64,000 nucleotides of DNA, taken from positions 3,006-67,005 of the forward strand of contig CAZNVK010000004.1 of NCBI GenBank assembly GCA_964576865.1, written 5' to 3'. Positions 20,508-30,210 of this stretch are shown piece after piece. A program made the position numbers and the translations under genes. The DNA comes from an uncultured Candidatus Poseidoniales archaeon. GTDB lineage: Archaea > Thermoplasmatota > Poseidoniia > Poseidoniales > Thalassarchaeaceae. The stretch's first letter is position 1. Every line of letters starts with the position of its first letter. The notes beneath the pieces are model-generated. The model ran no database searches. It was not told where the DNA came from and saw only the letters and a list, made by a program, of their open reading frames with translations.

Positions 20508-20747
20508 GCCGATTCCTCAGTGGATTTCCCATTGAAGATTGTCCAGCCGCAACCAACGGCGAAAGCAGCGGCTTCGGCGGCGAATCAGCGAGATTGAGGG
20601 CGCCGCCACCAACCACGCCTTCGGCGTTCTGACCAAGTGTCTGCAATCGGTTTGCTAAGCGCGCCGTTGCCTCAACCTTCATAGTCTGTTAAGGGGCGAG
20701 GGCGAGCCTGACGTTGGCCATTTTTCCTTCGTCAAACGGGTGATGGG

Positions 20748-23700
20748 ATGCACTTACTGCGGATTGAGGTTGAGAATTTCAAATCCTTCGGCGGTGAGAT
20801 GACGATTCCCTTCGAAGAGGGATTTACTGCAATAACCGGCCCAAACGGGTCTGGAAAGTCGAATTCTGGCGACGCCATCCAATTCGTTCTGGGCACACGC
20901 TCGACAAAGGTCATGCGGGCGGACAACGTTGCTGATTTGATCTTCAATGGCGGCAAGCGCGGCAAGCCAGCGCGTCATATGTCGGTGACGCTCGTGTTTG
21001 CGAATACTCCTGAGCTGGACGGGCGTCGCCGTCTTCGTGTTGAGTCGGATGAGGCTTCCTTCACTCGCTCGGTTCGGTTGAACCGGAAGAGTCAGCCGAT
21101 TTCTTCGTACCGGATTGGTGAGCGCAGTGTGACTGCGACGGAGATGCGCCGGACTCTGGCTGAGGCTGGTCTGCATGGTGATGGTTACAATATCGTGCTG
21201 CAGGGTGATGTGACGAATCTTGCTACGATGACCGATTTCAAGCGACGTGGCGTGCTCGAGGAAGTCGCTGGCGTGACCGCTTACGATGCGGAGATTCGTT
21301 CGGCGAATAACCAGCGAAAGGCGGTCGAGCACGATATCGAAACTATCGAATTGTTCGAGGCTGACCAGAAGGCACGCCTGAAGAAATTGGCCAAGGAGCG
21401 CGAGCAGGCGCTGAAATATCGCGATTTGAAGGAGCAACTTGATCGCGCTCGGATTGTCCTTGCTCAGGCGCGATATCGCAATCGTGTCGATGAGATCAGC
21501 ATGCTCAATGAGGACCATGCGAAGTATCAGGAGCGGGATGGCAAGATTCGCGAGAGCGTGCGCTCGAACGAGTCTCGTCTGCTCGCTCTCGAAGAGGAAC
21601 TCGTCAATGTCTCTCGCGAGCTGGATGCGATGGCTACCGGCGAGTCGAGGGCTGTGATGGATCAGATCAAGGCGCTCGAGATCGAGATGGAGACGAGCCG
21701 TGACCGCATCGGTGACCAGAAGCGGGCCTCTGCGGACGCTTCTGAGGAAATCGAAGAGATTCAAGGCGACCTCGATGGCGTTGAGACGGCGGTTGCAAAA
21801 CTGCTCGAAGATATCGAATCGGCTCGTCAGGCCGTCATCGATGCTGATGCGGACCTAGCCAAGGCCGAGGCTGATGAGACCGAGGCGCGCAAGGCCATCG
21901 AGTCCGGAGATAAACACGCTCGTGACTTGAACCGAGCACTTGGCCTCGCTACCGACGAGGTGAACAAAGTACACGCAATGCGGGCTGAGGCGCGCCTCGA
22001 ATCGGATAGGGCTGAACAGGCGGCCCGTATTGCCTCAGACAATCTCGCCGACTTGGAGGAACAGTACGAGGTAGTCTCGCTTGAGCGCGACGACTTGGAA
22101 TTGACTGGAGAGGATCTTCGCGAGGCCAAGCCGGCCGAGAACCGCGAGGACTTGGCGGTTCAACTGCAGAGATTGCAGAAGGAGGAATCGGCACTGCGCG
22201 GAGACCGTGATAGTGCAGAGGAGCAATTGCGCGAGGCGAACCGCGCCCTCGACCGAGCTCGAGCCGCGCAGGAGGCTCGCGCATCGAAGCCGGGGTCTGC
22301 AGTTACTCTACGCTCGCTGGCCAAGTTGCGAGAGAGCGGAGAGATTCGCGGAATCCTCGGCTCGTTGGGCGAGTTAACCTCGCCCAAGGAGGCCGCCCAT
22401 GAGGAGGCGCTGGCCTATGCATTGGGCGGCGGCATGAATTCAATCGTCGTCAGCGACGAAGAGGTCGCCGCCAATTGCATCAAGTGGCTACGAGCTAATG
22501 GCGGCGGTCGCGCGACCTTCCTTCCACTGACTAAGATCAGCGCATCTCGCGCCCAAGGCCGAGCGCTGATGGTCGCGCGCAATCCAGGAATAATCGGATT
22601 CGCACACGACCTCCTCGACTACGACGAGGAGATCGAGACGGCGGTGCGATTCGCCTGCCGCAACACGCTCATCGTCCAATCGATGGACGTCGCCCGCCGA
22701 AATATGGGTGGCGTCAGAATGGTCACCCTCGACGGATCGATAGTCGAAGCGACAGGAGCCATGACCGGCGGTTCATCGAGCAAGGGCTCACGCCCGTCAT
22801 TCGGCGGAGCCGGAGCAGCCGGAGCGGGAATGGACAAACTCGAATCGGCTGTCGAGCGAGCGAACCTGCGATATTCGACCGTCGAGGCGGCGCTCAAGGA
22901 CCTGCGCAACAACCAGAACGAGGTTCGAAACAAGATTCACGGCCTCGACGGTAGCGACCATTCGGTCAAACTCAGAGATTGGAAGGCCGATGTCAGAATC
23001 GCTCAGAAGCAGGTCGACGACATCGGCCGAAAAGTCGTCGAAGCCCGAACAGAACACGAGAAACTCGAAGCCGCCAGCCGAGAAGCAGCCGAAGCATCAG
23101 CCCAAGCCGAGGAGGACTTCGAAGAAGCATCAGAAGCCCGTCGTCTAGCAGGAGAAGCCCTGCAGAATCACACTCCAGACCATCTCTCACAACTCCTGCG
23201 CAGCGCCCAGGACACGCGAACCGAGGCAGTCAGAAGCAAGTTGAGTGCCGAGGCGCAAATCACCACGGGCGACGAGCGGCTCAACGTCCTCAACGAGCGC
23301 AAGGAAGACCTGACCCGAGCACTCGACCGCCAGAATGCTATCATAACTCAGGCGACTGCGACTATCGAGGGGCTCAACTCCGCGATAGTCACTGCCGAAG
23401 AGAACCTCGTTGAACTCAAGGAGCAAGCCTCGCAATTCAACGAGGAGCATCAAATCCTCACCACTCGCCGCGACGAAATCGTCGACGAGCGCGCCAGCCT
23501 GCGCGCCCACGTCGATCAGATGCAGACCCAGCGCGAGACCATCAAGTCAAGGCTCGAAGGCCTCGTCGAAAACATTCGAAACAAGGAAGCAACCCTCGTC
23601 GAGCTCAAGGAAGAACTCGCCGAGAATCAGATCGAACTTCCAGATTCAGAAACTCAACTGCCAACAGTGGCCGAGGCGGAGAAGGGGGTGCAGGGCCTAG

Positions 23701-24737
23701 ATCGCCGCCTCGGCCAACTCGGCGACGTCAATATGCTAGCAATCGAGGATTACGACCAAACCGTCGAAAGAATCGCTGGACTCGTCGCCGACGGCAAGCT
23801 CTGCAAGGAGCGTCACGCAATGCTCGTCAGCCTTGCAGAGCAACTCGAAGACGAGAGGCGAACACGGCTCGTCGCCGTGTTCAACCACATCAATACCAAC
23901 TTCACACGCGCTTACAGGCTTCTGCAGCCCGGTGGCGAAGGTGAGTTGCAATTGGAGAACCCGAAGAACCCGTTCGAGGGTGGTCTCAAGATGGCATGCA
24001 TCCCTCCTGGAAAGAGCAAGAGAACCCGTCGCAGCTTCCTCTCTGGCGGCGAGAAATCGATGGCGGCACTGGCGTTCATATTCGCGATTCAGGACTACGA
24101 ACCGAGCCCGTTCTACTACTTCGATGAGGTAGATCAGAACCTCGATCCATTCAACGCGGAGCGCATCGCGACACTGTGTCGACTCCGCAGCATGCAGGCC
24201 CAATTCATCATGGTCACACTACGCAAGGTCAGCCTAACACTGGCTGACCACCACATCGGAATAACCCACGCTGGCGATGGAGTCAGCCGCCGGATAGCAG
24301 ACTTTGACAGGGCGGCTGCGATTGAACTCGGTGAAGAGTTCGAGGCCGAGCAAGACGCGCTGGCTGAGGCTCAGAAGGCCAAGGCGGAGATGGGCGAATT
24401 GCCCAGCGAGGAGACGATGCCGAGGGTGCCTGAGCCGATGGAGAAGCCACAGAGTCTTGGTGGCCTCGCAGATAGGGCTGGAGTCGAGGTTACCGAGGAA
24501 GAGTTGAGGCTGGATCAGTTGCCTGAGGTCGAGGCGACCCCTGTTGAATCCGAGGATGACGATCTCGCTGAATCTGAATCGACGATGACCTCGCTGATCG
24601 AGCGGACCGAGGAGTGGACCGAGGATATCGCTGAGAAGGAGGCTGCTATTCCGACTGAGGATGAAGTGGAGACTGAATCAGCCGATTCGACCGACGCGCT
24701 TGAGGCAGAGGAGAGCGTCGAGCAGGAGTTGGAGTGA
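20748..24737 (+). CDS. smc: Chromosome segregation protein SMC, with long acidic C-terminal tail
   Basis: NFKSF, Walker A GPNGSGKSN, coiled coils, hinge (GGGRATFLPL), signature LSGGEKS, and Walker B FDEVDQNLD. Confidence 0.97.
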   Translation: MHLLRIEVENFKSFGGEMTIPFEEGFTAITGPNGSGKSNSGDAIQFVLGTRSTKVMRADNVADLIFNGGKRGKPARHMSVTLVFANTPELDGRRRLRVESDEASFTRSVRLNRKSQPISSYRIGERSVTATEMRRTLAEAGLHGDGYNIVLQGDVTNLATMTDFKRRGVLEEVAGVTAYDAEIRSANNQRKAVEHDIETIELFEADQKARLKKLAKEREQALKYRDLKEQLDRARIVLAQARYRNRVDEISMLNEDHAKYQERDGKIRESVRSNESRLLALEEELVNVSRELDAMATGESRAVMDQIKALEIEMETSRDRIGDQKRASADASEEIEEIQGDLDGVETAVAKLLEDIESARQAVIDADADLAKAEADETEARKAIESGDKHARDLNRALGLATDEVNKVHAMRAEARLESDRAEQAARIASDNLADLEEQYEVVSLERDDLELTGEDLREAKPAENREDLAVQLQRLQKEESALRGDRDSAEEQLREANRALDRARAAQEARASKPGSAVTLRSLAKLRESGEIRGILGSLGELTSPKEAAHEEALAYALGGGMNSIVVSDEEVAANCIKWLRANGGGRATFLPLTKISASRAQGRALMVARNPGIIGFAHDLLDYDEEIETAVRFACRNTLIVQSMDVARRNMGGVRMVTLDGSIVEATGAMTGGSSSKGSRPSFGGAGAAGAGMDKLESAVERANLRYSTVEAALKDLRNNQNEVRNKIHGLDGSDHSVKLRDWKADVRIAQKQVDDIGRKVVEARTEHEKLEAASREAAEASAQAEEDFEEASEARRLAGEALQNHTPDHLSQLLRSAQDTRTEAVRSKLSAEAQITTGDERLNVLNERKEDLTRALDRQNAIITQATATIEGLNSAIVTAEENLVELKEQASQFNEEHQILTTRRDEIVDERASLRAHVDQMQTQRETIKSRLEGLVENIRNKEATLVELKEELAENQIELPDSETQLPTVAEAEKGVQGLDRRLGQLGDVNMLAIEDYDQTVERIAGLVADGKLCKERHAMLVSLAEQLEDERRTRLVAVFNHINTNFTRAYRLLQPGGEGELQLENPKNPFEGGLKMACIPPGKSKRTRRSFLSGGEKSMAALAFIFAIQDYEPSPFYYFDEVDQNLDPFNAERIATLCRLRSMQAQFIMVTLRKVSLTLADHHIGITHAGDGVSRRIADFDRAAAIELGEEFEAEQDALAEAQKAKAEMGELPSEETMPRVPEPMEKPQSLGGLADRAGVEVTEEELRLDQLPEVEATPVESEDDDLAESESTMTSLIERTEEWTEDIAEKEAAIPTEDEVETESADSTDALEAEESVEQELE

Positions 24738-25753
24738 GTCCGATGTCTGTCTTTGACGCTACTGCGATGCGAGACGACATTGTGACTCGTCTCCTGCACG
24801 GGGAAGAGGACTTGGAGACGAGTCGCTATCTTGACAGGTTGGTCGAACTCGCTAGTCTGGAGGATGCTGAGCATCAATTCCTCATCGATCCGTTCGACCG
24901 TTCTGTCGCATTGGTGTTTCAATTGTTCAGGTCGAAAGATCTCGATCCGTGGGATGTTGACCTGACGAATTTCTTGGAGATGTTCGATGAGCGCATCAAG
25001 ACGGCTGAGAACATCGACCTGCCGACCTGCGGTCGGCTAATTCGAATGGCTTGGCAGATCCTTCGTGGTCAGGCCTCAACCCTGATTGATCGACAGGATC
25101 GAGCCTGGGACAATCTCGAGGACGAGTTCCTCGATTTCGATATGGGTGGATGGGAATCAGATTTCGATGAGGACGATTACAACTTCTCTGTTGGCGTCCT
25201 CACCGGGGCGGCGGACACGGTTCTGCCCTCGATGTTCGAAGGGCGGATTCATCGGGATGAGAGCCGCCCCGTCACACTCGGTGAGTTGTTGATGGGATTA
25301 CAGAGCGCAAAGCAGATCTCTGAGGATCTCAAGCTTCGCGAGCAGATCGCTAAGGAACGCCGGGAGGCTCATTCCAAGGCGCGAGCGCGATTCTCAGGTA
25401 GCCTTCACGTAGAGGATTTGGAAGGTGATCTACGCAGGACTTGGTTAGCCCTTCGAGAAAGACAGGTCGTCGGCAATGGAGCTGTTGACATCAAGGAAAT
25501 CGCTGGACACCTGCGCGACCGTTCACTCGAGAATGGATTGGAGGTGACGGAGGCAGAGGCTGAAGCGCAGGTTACGGCGCTGGTCTCATCTCTCTTCCTG
25601 ACCCATCGCGGATATGCTGATTTAACCCAAGAATCGGGGCGCAATGGCAAGATTACGCTCAAAGATTTGCACCCTGATTACAAGGATGGCTTCGATGCTT
25701 TGACGGAGGAGATCAATCCGAAGCCAGAGTTGGAGGTGGAAATCGATGTCTGA
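24734..25753 (+). CDS. scpA: Kleisin / segregation and condensation protein A
   Basis: LDPWDVDL, RPVTLGELL, and a C-terminal WH motif (LVSSLFLTHRGYADLTQE); sits between smc and scpB. Confidence 0.85.
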   Translation: MSPMSVFDATAMRDDIVTRLLHGEEDLETSRYLDRLVELASLEDAEHQFLIDPFDRSVALVFQLFRSKDLDPWDVDLTNFLEMFDERIKTAENIDLPTCGRLIRMAWQILRGQASTLIDRQDRAWDNLEDEFLDFDMGGWESDFDEDDYNFSVGVLTGAADTVLPSMFEGRIHRDESRPVTLGELLMGLQSAKQISEDLKLREQIAKERREAHSKARARFSGSLHVEDLEGDLRRTWLALRERQVVGNGAVDIKEIAGHLRDRSLENGLEVTEAEAEAQVTALVSSLFLTHRGYADLTQESGRNGKITLKDLHPDYKDGFDALTEEINPKPELEVEIDV

Positions 25754-26378
25754 TGGTGTCGAATTGTCGACCATCCTCGAGGCGATCCTATTCAGCGCCG
25801 GCCGTTCGATGACGGTCGAGGAGCTGTTGGAGCAGACTGGCAGGACTCGCTCCGAGGTCTCGGGGGCTCTGTCGAATCTGCAATCGACCATCAAGCGAAG
25901 GCGCGATTCGGCCCTTCAATTGACCGAGGTTGCGGGCCGGTGGATCTTCGAGGTTCGCCCGACTCTCTCCGCTCATCTGCCTGAGTCGGTGCGCCCAGAT
26001 GTTCCCGCTCGATTGCTTCCGGCCGCAGCCCTCATCGCTTACCATCAACCGATGAAGCAGGCGCAATTGGTCGACATGATTGGCACAAAGGCCTACGATA
26101 GGGTGAGGGAGTTAGCAGGTCTCGGATTCGTCGATAGGCGAAGGGATGGATTGACTCGCAGGCTGACCACGACACGCCGCTTCGCAGAGTACTTTGGTTG
26201 CCCATACGTCGAGTATCGAAAGGTGCGTGAATGGTTCCGTGCGGAGGCTGCGAAGGCGGGCCTGACAAGTGCTCAGTTGGCCGCTTCACTCTCGGATGAG
26301 CAGATGACCATCGAGGAATTCACCGAGGTGCCTTCACAAGAAGCGCTGGCGATGGAAGCGGCTCAGGTCGAAGACTGA
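25746..26378 (+). CDS. scpB: Segregation and condensation protein B (kite subunit)
   Basis: LEAILFSAGRSM, AALIAYHQPMKQAQL, and TTRRFAEYFG. Confidence 0.92.
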   Translation: MSDGVELSTILEAILFSAGRSMTVEELLEQTGRTRSEVSGALSNLQSTIKRRRDSALQLTEVAGRWIFEVRPTLSAHLPESVRPDVPARLLPAAALIAYHQPMKQAQLVDMIGTKAYDRVRELAGLGFVDRRRDGLTRRLTTTRRFAEYFGCPYVEYRKVREWFRAEAAKAGLTSAQLAASLSDEQMTIEEFTEVPSQEALAMEAAQVED

Positions 26379-26422
26379 GGACTGGTTTTCCTCTTGGACC
26401 GGCGAGGGTTCAGCGAGTGAAT

Positions 26423-27718
26423 TCATTCGCCGCGAACTTGCTTCAACGCGTCTTCGACAGCTGCCATGGTGATTCGGTCGCCCGACTCGCGAACGATCGC
26501 TGCGACCGGTTCAATCTCTTCAGCAGAGGTTCCAGCGCTTGCGATCATGTTGCGCAAATGCAACTTCATGTGGCCGGCTTGGATGCCCACTGTTGCCAGA
26601 GCGCGAAGCGCTCCTAGGTTCTGAGCGAGGCCTGCTGCGGCCATGCACTTTGCGAGTTGGTCTGCGGAATTGATGCCGAGCAGGGCTACATTCGCCTGCG
26701 CTCCAGGGTGGATGCGGATCGCTCCACCGACGAGGCCGACTGCCATTGGAATCTCGATTGAACCGACGAGATTGCCCTCGGCGTCCTTCTCCCAGTGGGT
26801 CATCGAGCCGTAGCGGCGCTCGTGAGCAGCGTATGAGTGAGCGCCGGATTCAACCGCGCGCCAATCCTGGCCGCAGGCGATGGCGATTGGCGAAATTGCG
26901 TTCATGATTCCCTTGTTGTGTGTGGTTGCGCGGAATGGGTCGGCTGCGGCGAAGTGGTAGGCCTGAAGCACACCCTCGATGACCTCGGCGCCACGATTTG
27001 CATCATCGCCAGAATCGGACATCTCTTCTGGAGTGAAAGTTGCACTCACGCGAGCCAGTCTGTGGACCGCGAGGTTGCTGATAATTCGCAGAATAACAGT
27101 TCCTCCAGATAGGCTCTCGACGCGGGGTGCAATCGTCTCGGCCATGGTATTGACCGCATTCGCGCCCATGGCATCACGGCAATCGACGAGGATGTGTACG
27201 ATGACCATCGGTCCGGACTCTGTCTCGATGATTCGCGCTTCGACGTCTCGGCATCCGCCACCAAACTTGACGAGAATCGGGTCGACTTCGTTGCATGCCT
27301 GAATCAGCTCGTCCTTGGCAGCCAAGATCGCCGCACGAGATGCTTCGGGGTCCTCGCAGCCGACGACCTGAATCTGACCGATCATCACTGGGTCGGTATT
27401 GTCAGAGGTGAATCCACCCTTGACCTGACATCGCTTTGCCATGTTCGAAGCGGCAGCGACGACGCTGGCTTCTTCGACGACGAACGGAATTAGATAGTGC
27501 TCATCGTCGATGATGAAATTGGTTGCAACTCCAATGGGTAGAGAATAACGGCCGATGACATTCTCGATCATTCGGTCGGCCGTGCCTTCATCGAGTTCGG
27601 CATCTGCCCAGGCCTGAACCTGTTGATCGGTCAGTCCGGCTAATTCTGCCAGCATGGCACGTCGCTCGGGCACGGATAGCTTGTAGAATCCCTTGAGTCG
27701 ACTGTTCTCAACAGGCAT
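26423..27718 (-). CDS. mvaA: HMG-CoA reductase, class II (bacterial type)
   Basis: MIENVIG, EEASVVAA, DAMGANAVNT, THNKGIMN, and GIQAGHMKLH. Confidence 0.95.
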   Translation of the reverse strand: MPVENSRLKGFYKLSVPERRAMLAELAGLTDQQVQAWADAELDEGTADRMIENVIGRYSLPIGVATNFIIDDEHYLIPFVVEEASVVAAASNMAKRCQVKGGFTSDNTDPVMIGQIQVVGCEDPEASRAAILAAKDELIQACNEVDPILVKFGGGCRDVEARIIETESGPMVIVHILVDCRDAMGANAVNTMAETIAPRVESLSGGTVILRIISNLAVHRLARVSATFTPEEMSDSGDDANRGAEVIEGVLQAYHFAAADPFRATTHNKGIMNAISPIAIACGQDWRAVESGAHSYAAHERRYGSMTHWEKDAEGNLVGSIEIPMAVGLVGGAIRIHPGAQANVALLGINSADQLAKCMAAAGLAQNLGALRALATVGIQAGHMKLHLRNMIASAGTSAEEIEPVAAIVRESGDRITMAAVEDALKQVRGE

Positions 27719-27829
27719 TGATTCACCTGCCCTTGCGACAGCCCTCCTGTTCTAAGCCCTTCGTGGCCGAATGGCCTAAATCGATGGCCTGAAGCCCAAT
27801 CGAGCATTCTCCAAAGATTGCTGATAATT

Positions 27830-28023
27830 CACTCCAAAGCAGGGGGTGGAGTGCCCTTAATGGTCAATCTTGGACGCTCAAAAAAGCGTTAATCAGACCA
27901 TTAACGCTTTGTTAACGCATTCCGAAAGCGTTAGTTATGCGTTAATGGTGAAATATCCAAAACACATCACACAAAGCCTATTACGAAAATTTGTAGTCTG
28001 AAACATCAATAAAATGCGTTAAA
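27830..28023. promoter_or_regulatory. AT-rich intergenic region with six WAWGCGTTAA-type boxes, including a perfect 11-6-11 palindrome
   Basis: AAAGCGTTAAT (27883-27893) + CAGACC + ATTAACGCTTT (27900-27910). Further copies at 27912-27921 (-), 27925-27934, 27936-27946 and 28013-28023. 27941-28020 is 25/80 G+C. Confidence 0.75.
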
Positions 28024-28086
28024 CCACACTTATCGAAGCGTGAGAACACGTGAACATTATGTACTCTCACACGCGCGTAAGTGATA

Positions 28087-30210
28087 ATGGTCGAAGGGCC
28101 GCCAAACATCCTCGATCTGCCTCCATTGCGAGGCAACCCCTTCGACCTGCGGCCGATCGAGCCAAGCCGCGCCGAATACCTCGTCGGCCGGGACAAACTA
28201 CTCTCGGAGTGGAGGGAGCATCTGATTTCCCAAACACCGAGGATGCTCCTCCTAGTCGGAGACCGAGGCTCGGGCAAAACCTCGCTTCTGAACGCCCTCG
28301 CCTCGACAACCTCCCGCCGACCATACATCGGACAGTTTTGGCCCGAGGGGGATGACCCTGTGCAGGGTGTGATTCACGAGTTGTCTGTGCACTTTGGGGG
28401 GTTCGAGTTGCCGCCGTCGATGCAGCAGATTTCGGACAGAATGGTTGACGTTCTCGATAAGGAGACGGGCACGCTCCCGCTGATCGCCTTCGATTATCCC
28501 GCGAAAATTGACCTCAACCCGATGCTCACAAGACTCGCTCCGCTGCTGCAGAGACTCCGCGCCCTGGTCGTGGTCGTGGTCACTCCGTCTCAGCTGGCTG
28601 GGTTGGATGATGAGGTGCTGGAGATGTTTGATGCGCCTCATCATCTTCAGAACCTGGATGCGAGGCAGATTCAGGTTCTGTCAAACCGAAGGATTTCGCG
28701 GTCGGCCAATCAGAAGTGGAATATCCGGCCGACCCTGTTGAATGCGATTCATCGCCATTCGGATGGCAATCCTCGCAGGGTAATCCGTTTGTTACGCGAT
28801 TTGGTTGATGAACGACACGATCCGGATGGCGGCGACGTTCTCGAGCGATTGACGACATGGCGAGCGCCGCCGGTTGAAACGGAATCGAAACCCACGCCTG
28901 TTTCCGCACCTACTGTGGTCCAACAACCTGTGGTTTCAGACCCTGAGGATATCACTTCCTACTCTAGCGATGAGGAAGTTGTAGTTCAGTTGGACGAACT
29001 CGAGGAGTTCGATGAGTTCGAGGAATCGATGGATGATGAGGAGCCTGACGACCTCTGGGATGAGGGGGGAATCGAGGAGGAGGTCGAAGATTCTCCTTCG
29101 TGGAATGATGAATTCGAGGCCCCAGAAGATCTCTGGGGCGAGCCTGAAGGAGAAGACGAGGTCGACGAATCTGAGGATGAAGAAAGATTCCATCAGGCGG
29201 AGGTCGAGCACGAACCAACTCCGCCTGAACCTTCGTTGCAAGAGGAGTATCACAGAGTTGCAGAAGATCCGGCTTTCCTCTACATGGAGGAAGGGACTGA
29301 ACCTCCAACACGACCTAGCACGAAGGGTAATTTCGGAAGGTTGCTCGGCCGAACAATCAGTGCCAATGACCGGATGCCAGCGACGGGCGATGACACGCCA
29401 ATCACCGTCGCCGACCCACATCCAAGCCTCGTGCCCAAGTCATCCAGTGAGCCAAGTGCGCCAAGTGCCCCTAAAACTCCGGTTCGAGATATGGCACCTG
29501 AGAGTGTGGCAGATGAGCAATCGACCGCCCGCATCGATACTAGTGTCGCTGCGGGCGAGGAAGAACACGTCTTCCACGATAATCATGCGCTGTGGATAGT
29601 CGATTCAGAATCGAAGTCAACCCTGCCTGATCCGAGCGCCTACACTCCACCGCCACCTTCGCCAGCACCTGAGCCGGCGGCGGAGTTCGAAACCGAGTGG
29701 TTCGTCGACGATGGCGAAGCCGAACCAGAGCCAGAGTCGTTGCAAGAGCCGCAGGCCGAGTTTGATCCCGAACCCGTATTCGAGCCAATCGCTGAGGCTG
29801 AGCCACCTGCGCGTGAAATCCACATTCCAGCGATTCCCACTGCAGCCCCAGCAGCAGCTCCCGCGCCACCTCCGCCTCCAGTTCCCGCGCCTGCTCCCGT
29901 TCCGGTCGCAGTGCCGATCTCACTCGGTCCGACTTGGGAGCCGGACGAGCCATTCGATGCCATGGTTCTCCACGCTCTCACCGAGGCAGAGAGGATGATT
30001 CTCGAGGCCTCGTCCGTCAGGGAAATTTCACCATCAGATGATGAATTGCAAGCTCGCTTGGAGGTCGGGCGACCTCGCCTCTCACAGATCTACAATGGCA
30101 TGCGCCGCAAAGGGCTGCTCTCGGTCCGCAAGCAAGGTCGAACGCGATACTTCAAACTCAGTGATGCCGCAGGACAGCACCTCCGCGGAGCACCACAGGG
30201 GGTTGCATGA
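28087..30210 (+). CDS. Orc1/Cdc6-like AAA+ P-loop domain + acidic/Pro-rich disordered linker + C-terminal winged helix-turn-helix
   Basis: NPF...LVGR, Walker A GDRGSGKTS, degenerate Walker B LIAFDY, and GNPRR. About 400 aa of E/D/P-rich low complexity follow. The C-terminus is LTEAERMILE...LQARLEVGRPRLSQIYNGMRRKGLLSVRKQGRTRYFKL. Confidence 0.75.
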   Translation: MVEGPPNILDLPPLRGNPFDLRPIEPSRAEYLVGRDKLLSEWREHLISQTPRMLLLVGDRGSGKTSLLNALASTTSRRPYIGQFWPEGDDPVQGVIHELSVHFGGFELPPSMQQISDRMVDVLDKETGTLPLIAFDYPAKIDLNPMLTRLAPLLQRLRALVVVVVTPSQLAGLDDEVLEMFDAPHHLQNLDARQIQVLSNRRISRSANQKWNIRPTLLNAIHRHSDGNPRRVIRLLRDLVDERHDPDGGDVLERLTTWRAPPVETESKPTPVSAPTVVQQPVVSDPEDITSYSSDEEVVVQLDELEEFDEFEESMDDEEPDDLWDEGGIEEEVEDSPSWNDEFEAPEDLWGEPEGEDEVDESEDEERFHQAEVEHEPTPPEPSLQEEYHRVAEDPAFLYMEEGTEPPTRPSTKGNFGRLLGRTISANDRMPATGDDTPITVADPHPSLVPKSSSEPSAPSAPKTPVRDMAPESVADEQSTARIDTSVAAGEEEHVFHDNHALWIVDSESKSTLPDPSAYTPPPPSPAPEPAAEFETEWFVDDGEAEPEPESLQEPQAEFDPEPVFEPIAEAEPPAREIHIPAIPTAAPAAAPAPPPPPVPAPAPVPVAVPISLGPTWEPDEPFDAMVLHALTEAERMILEASSVREISPSDDELQARLEVGRPRLSQIYNGMRRKGLLSVRKQGRTRYFKLSDAAGQHLRGAPQGVA

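Noticed and set aside
20508-20700. NAD+ riboswitch upstream of nadB
   Set aside because: No match to a consensus I can recognise, and the tetraloop-like words lie on the strand opposite to nadB.
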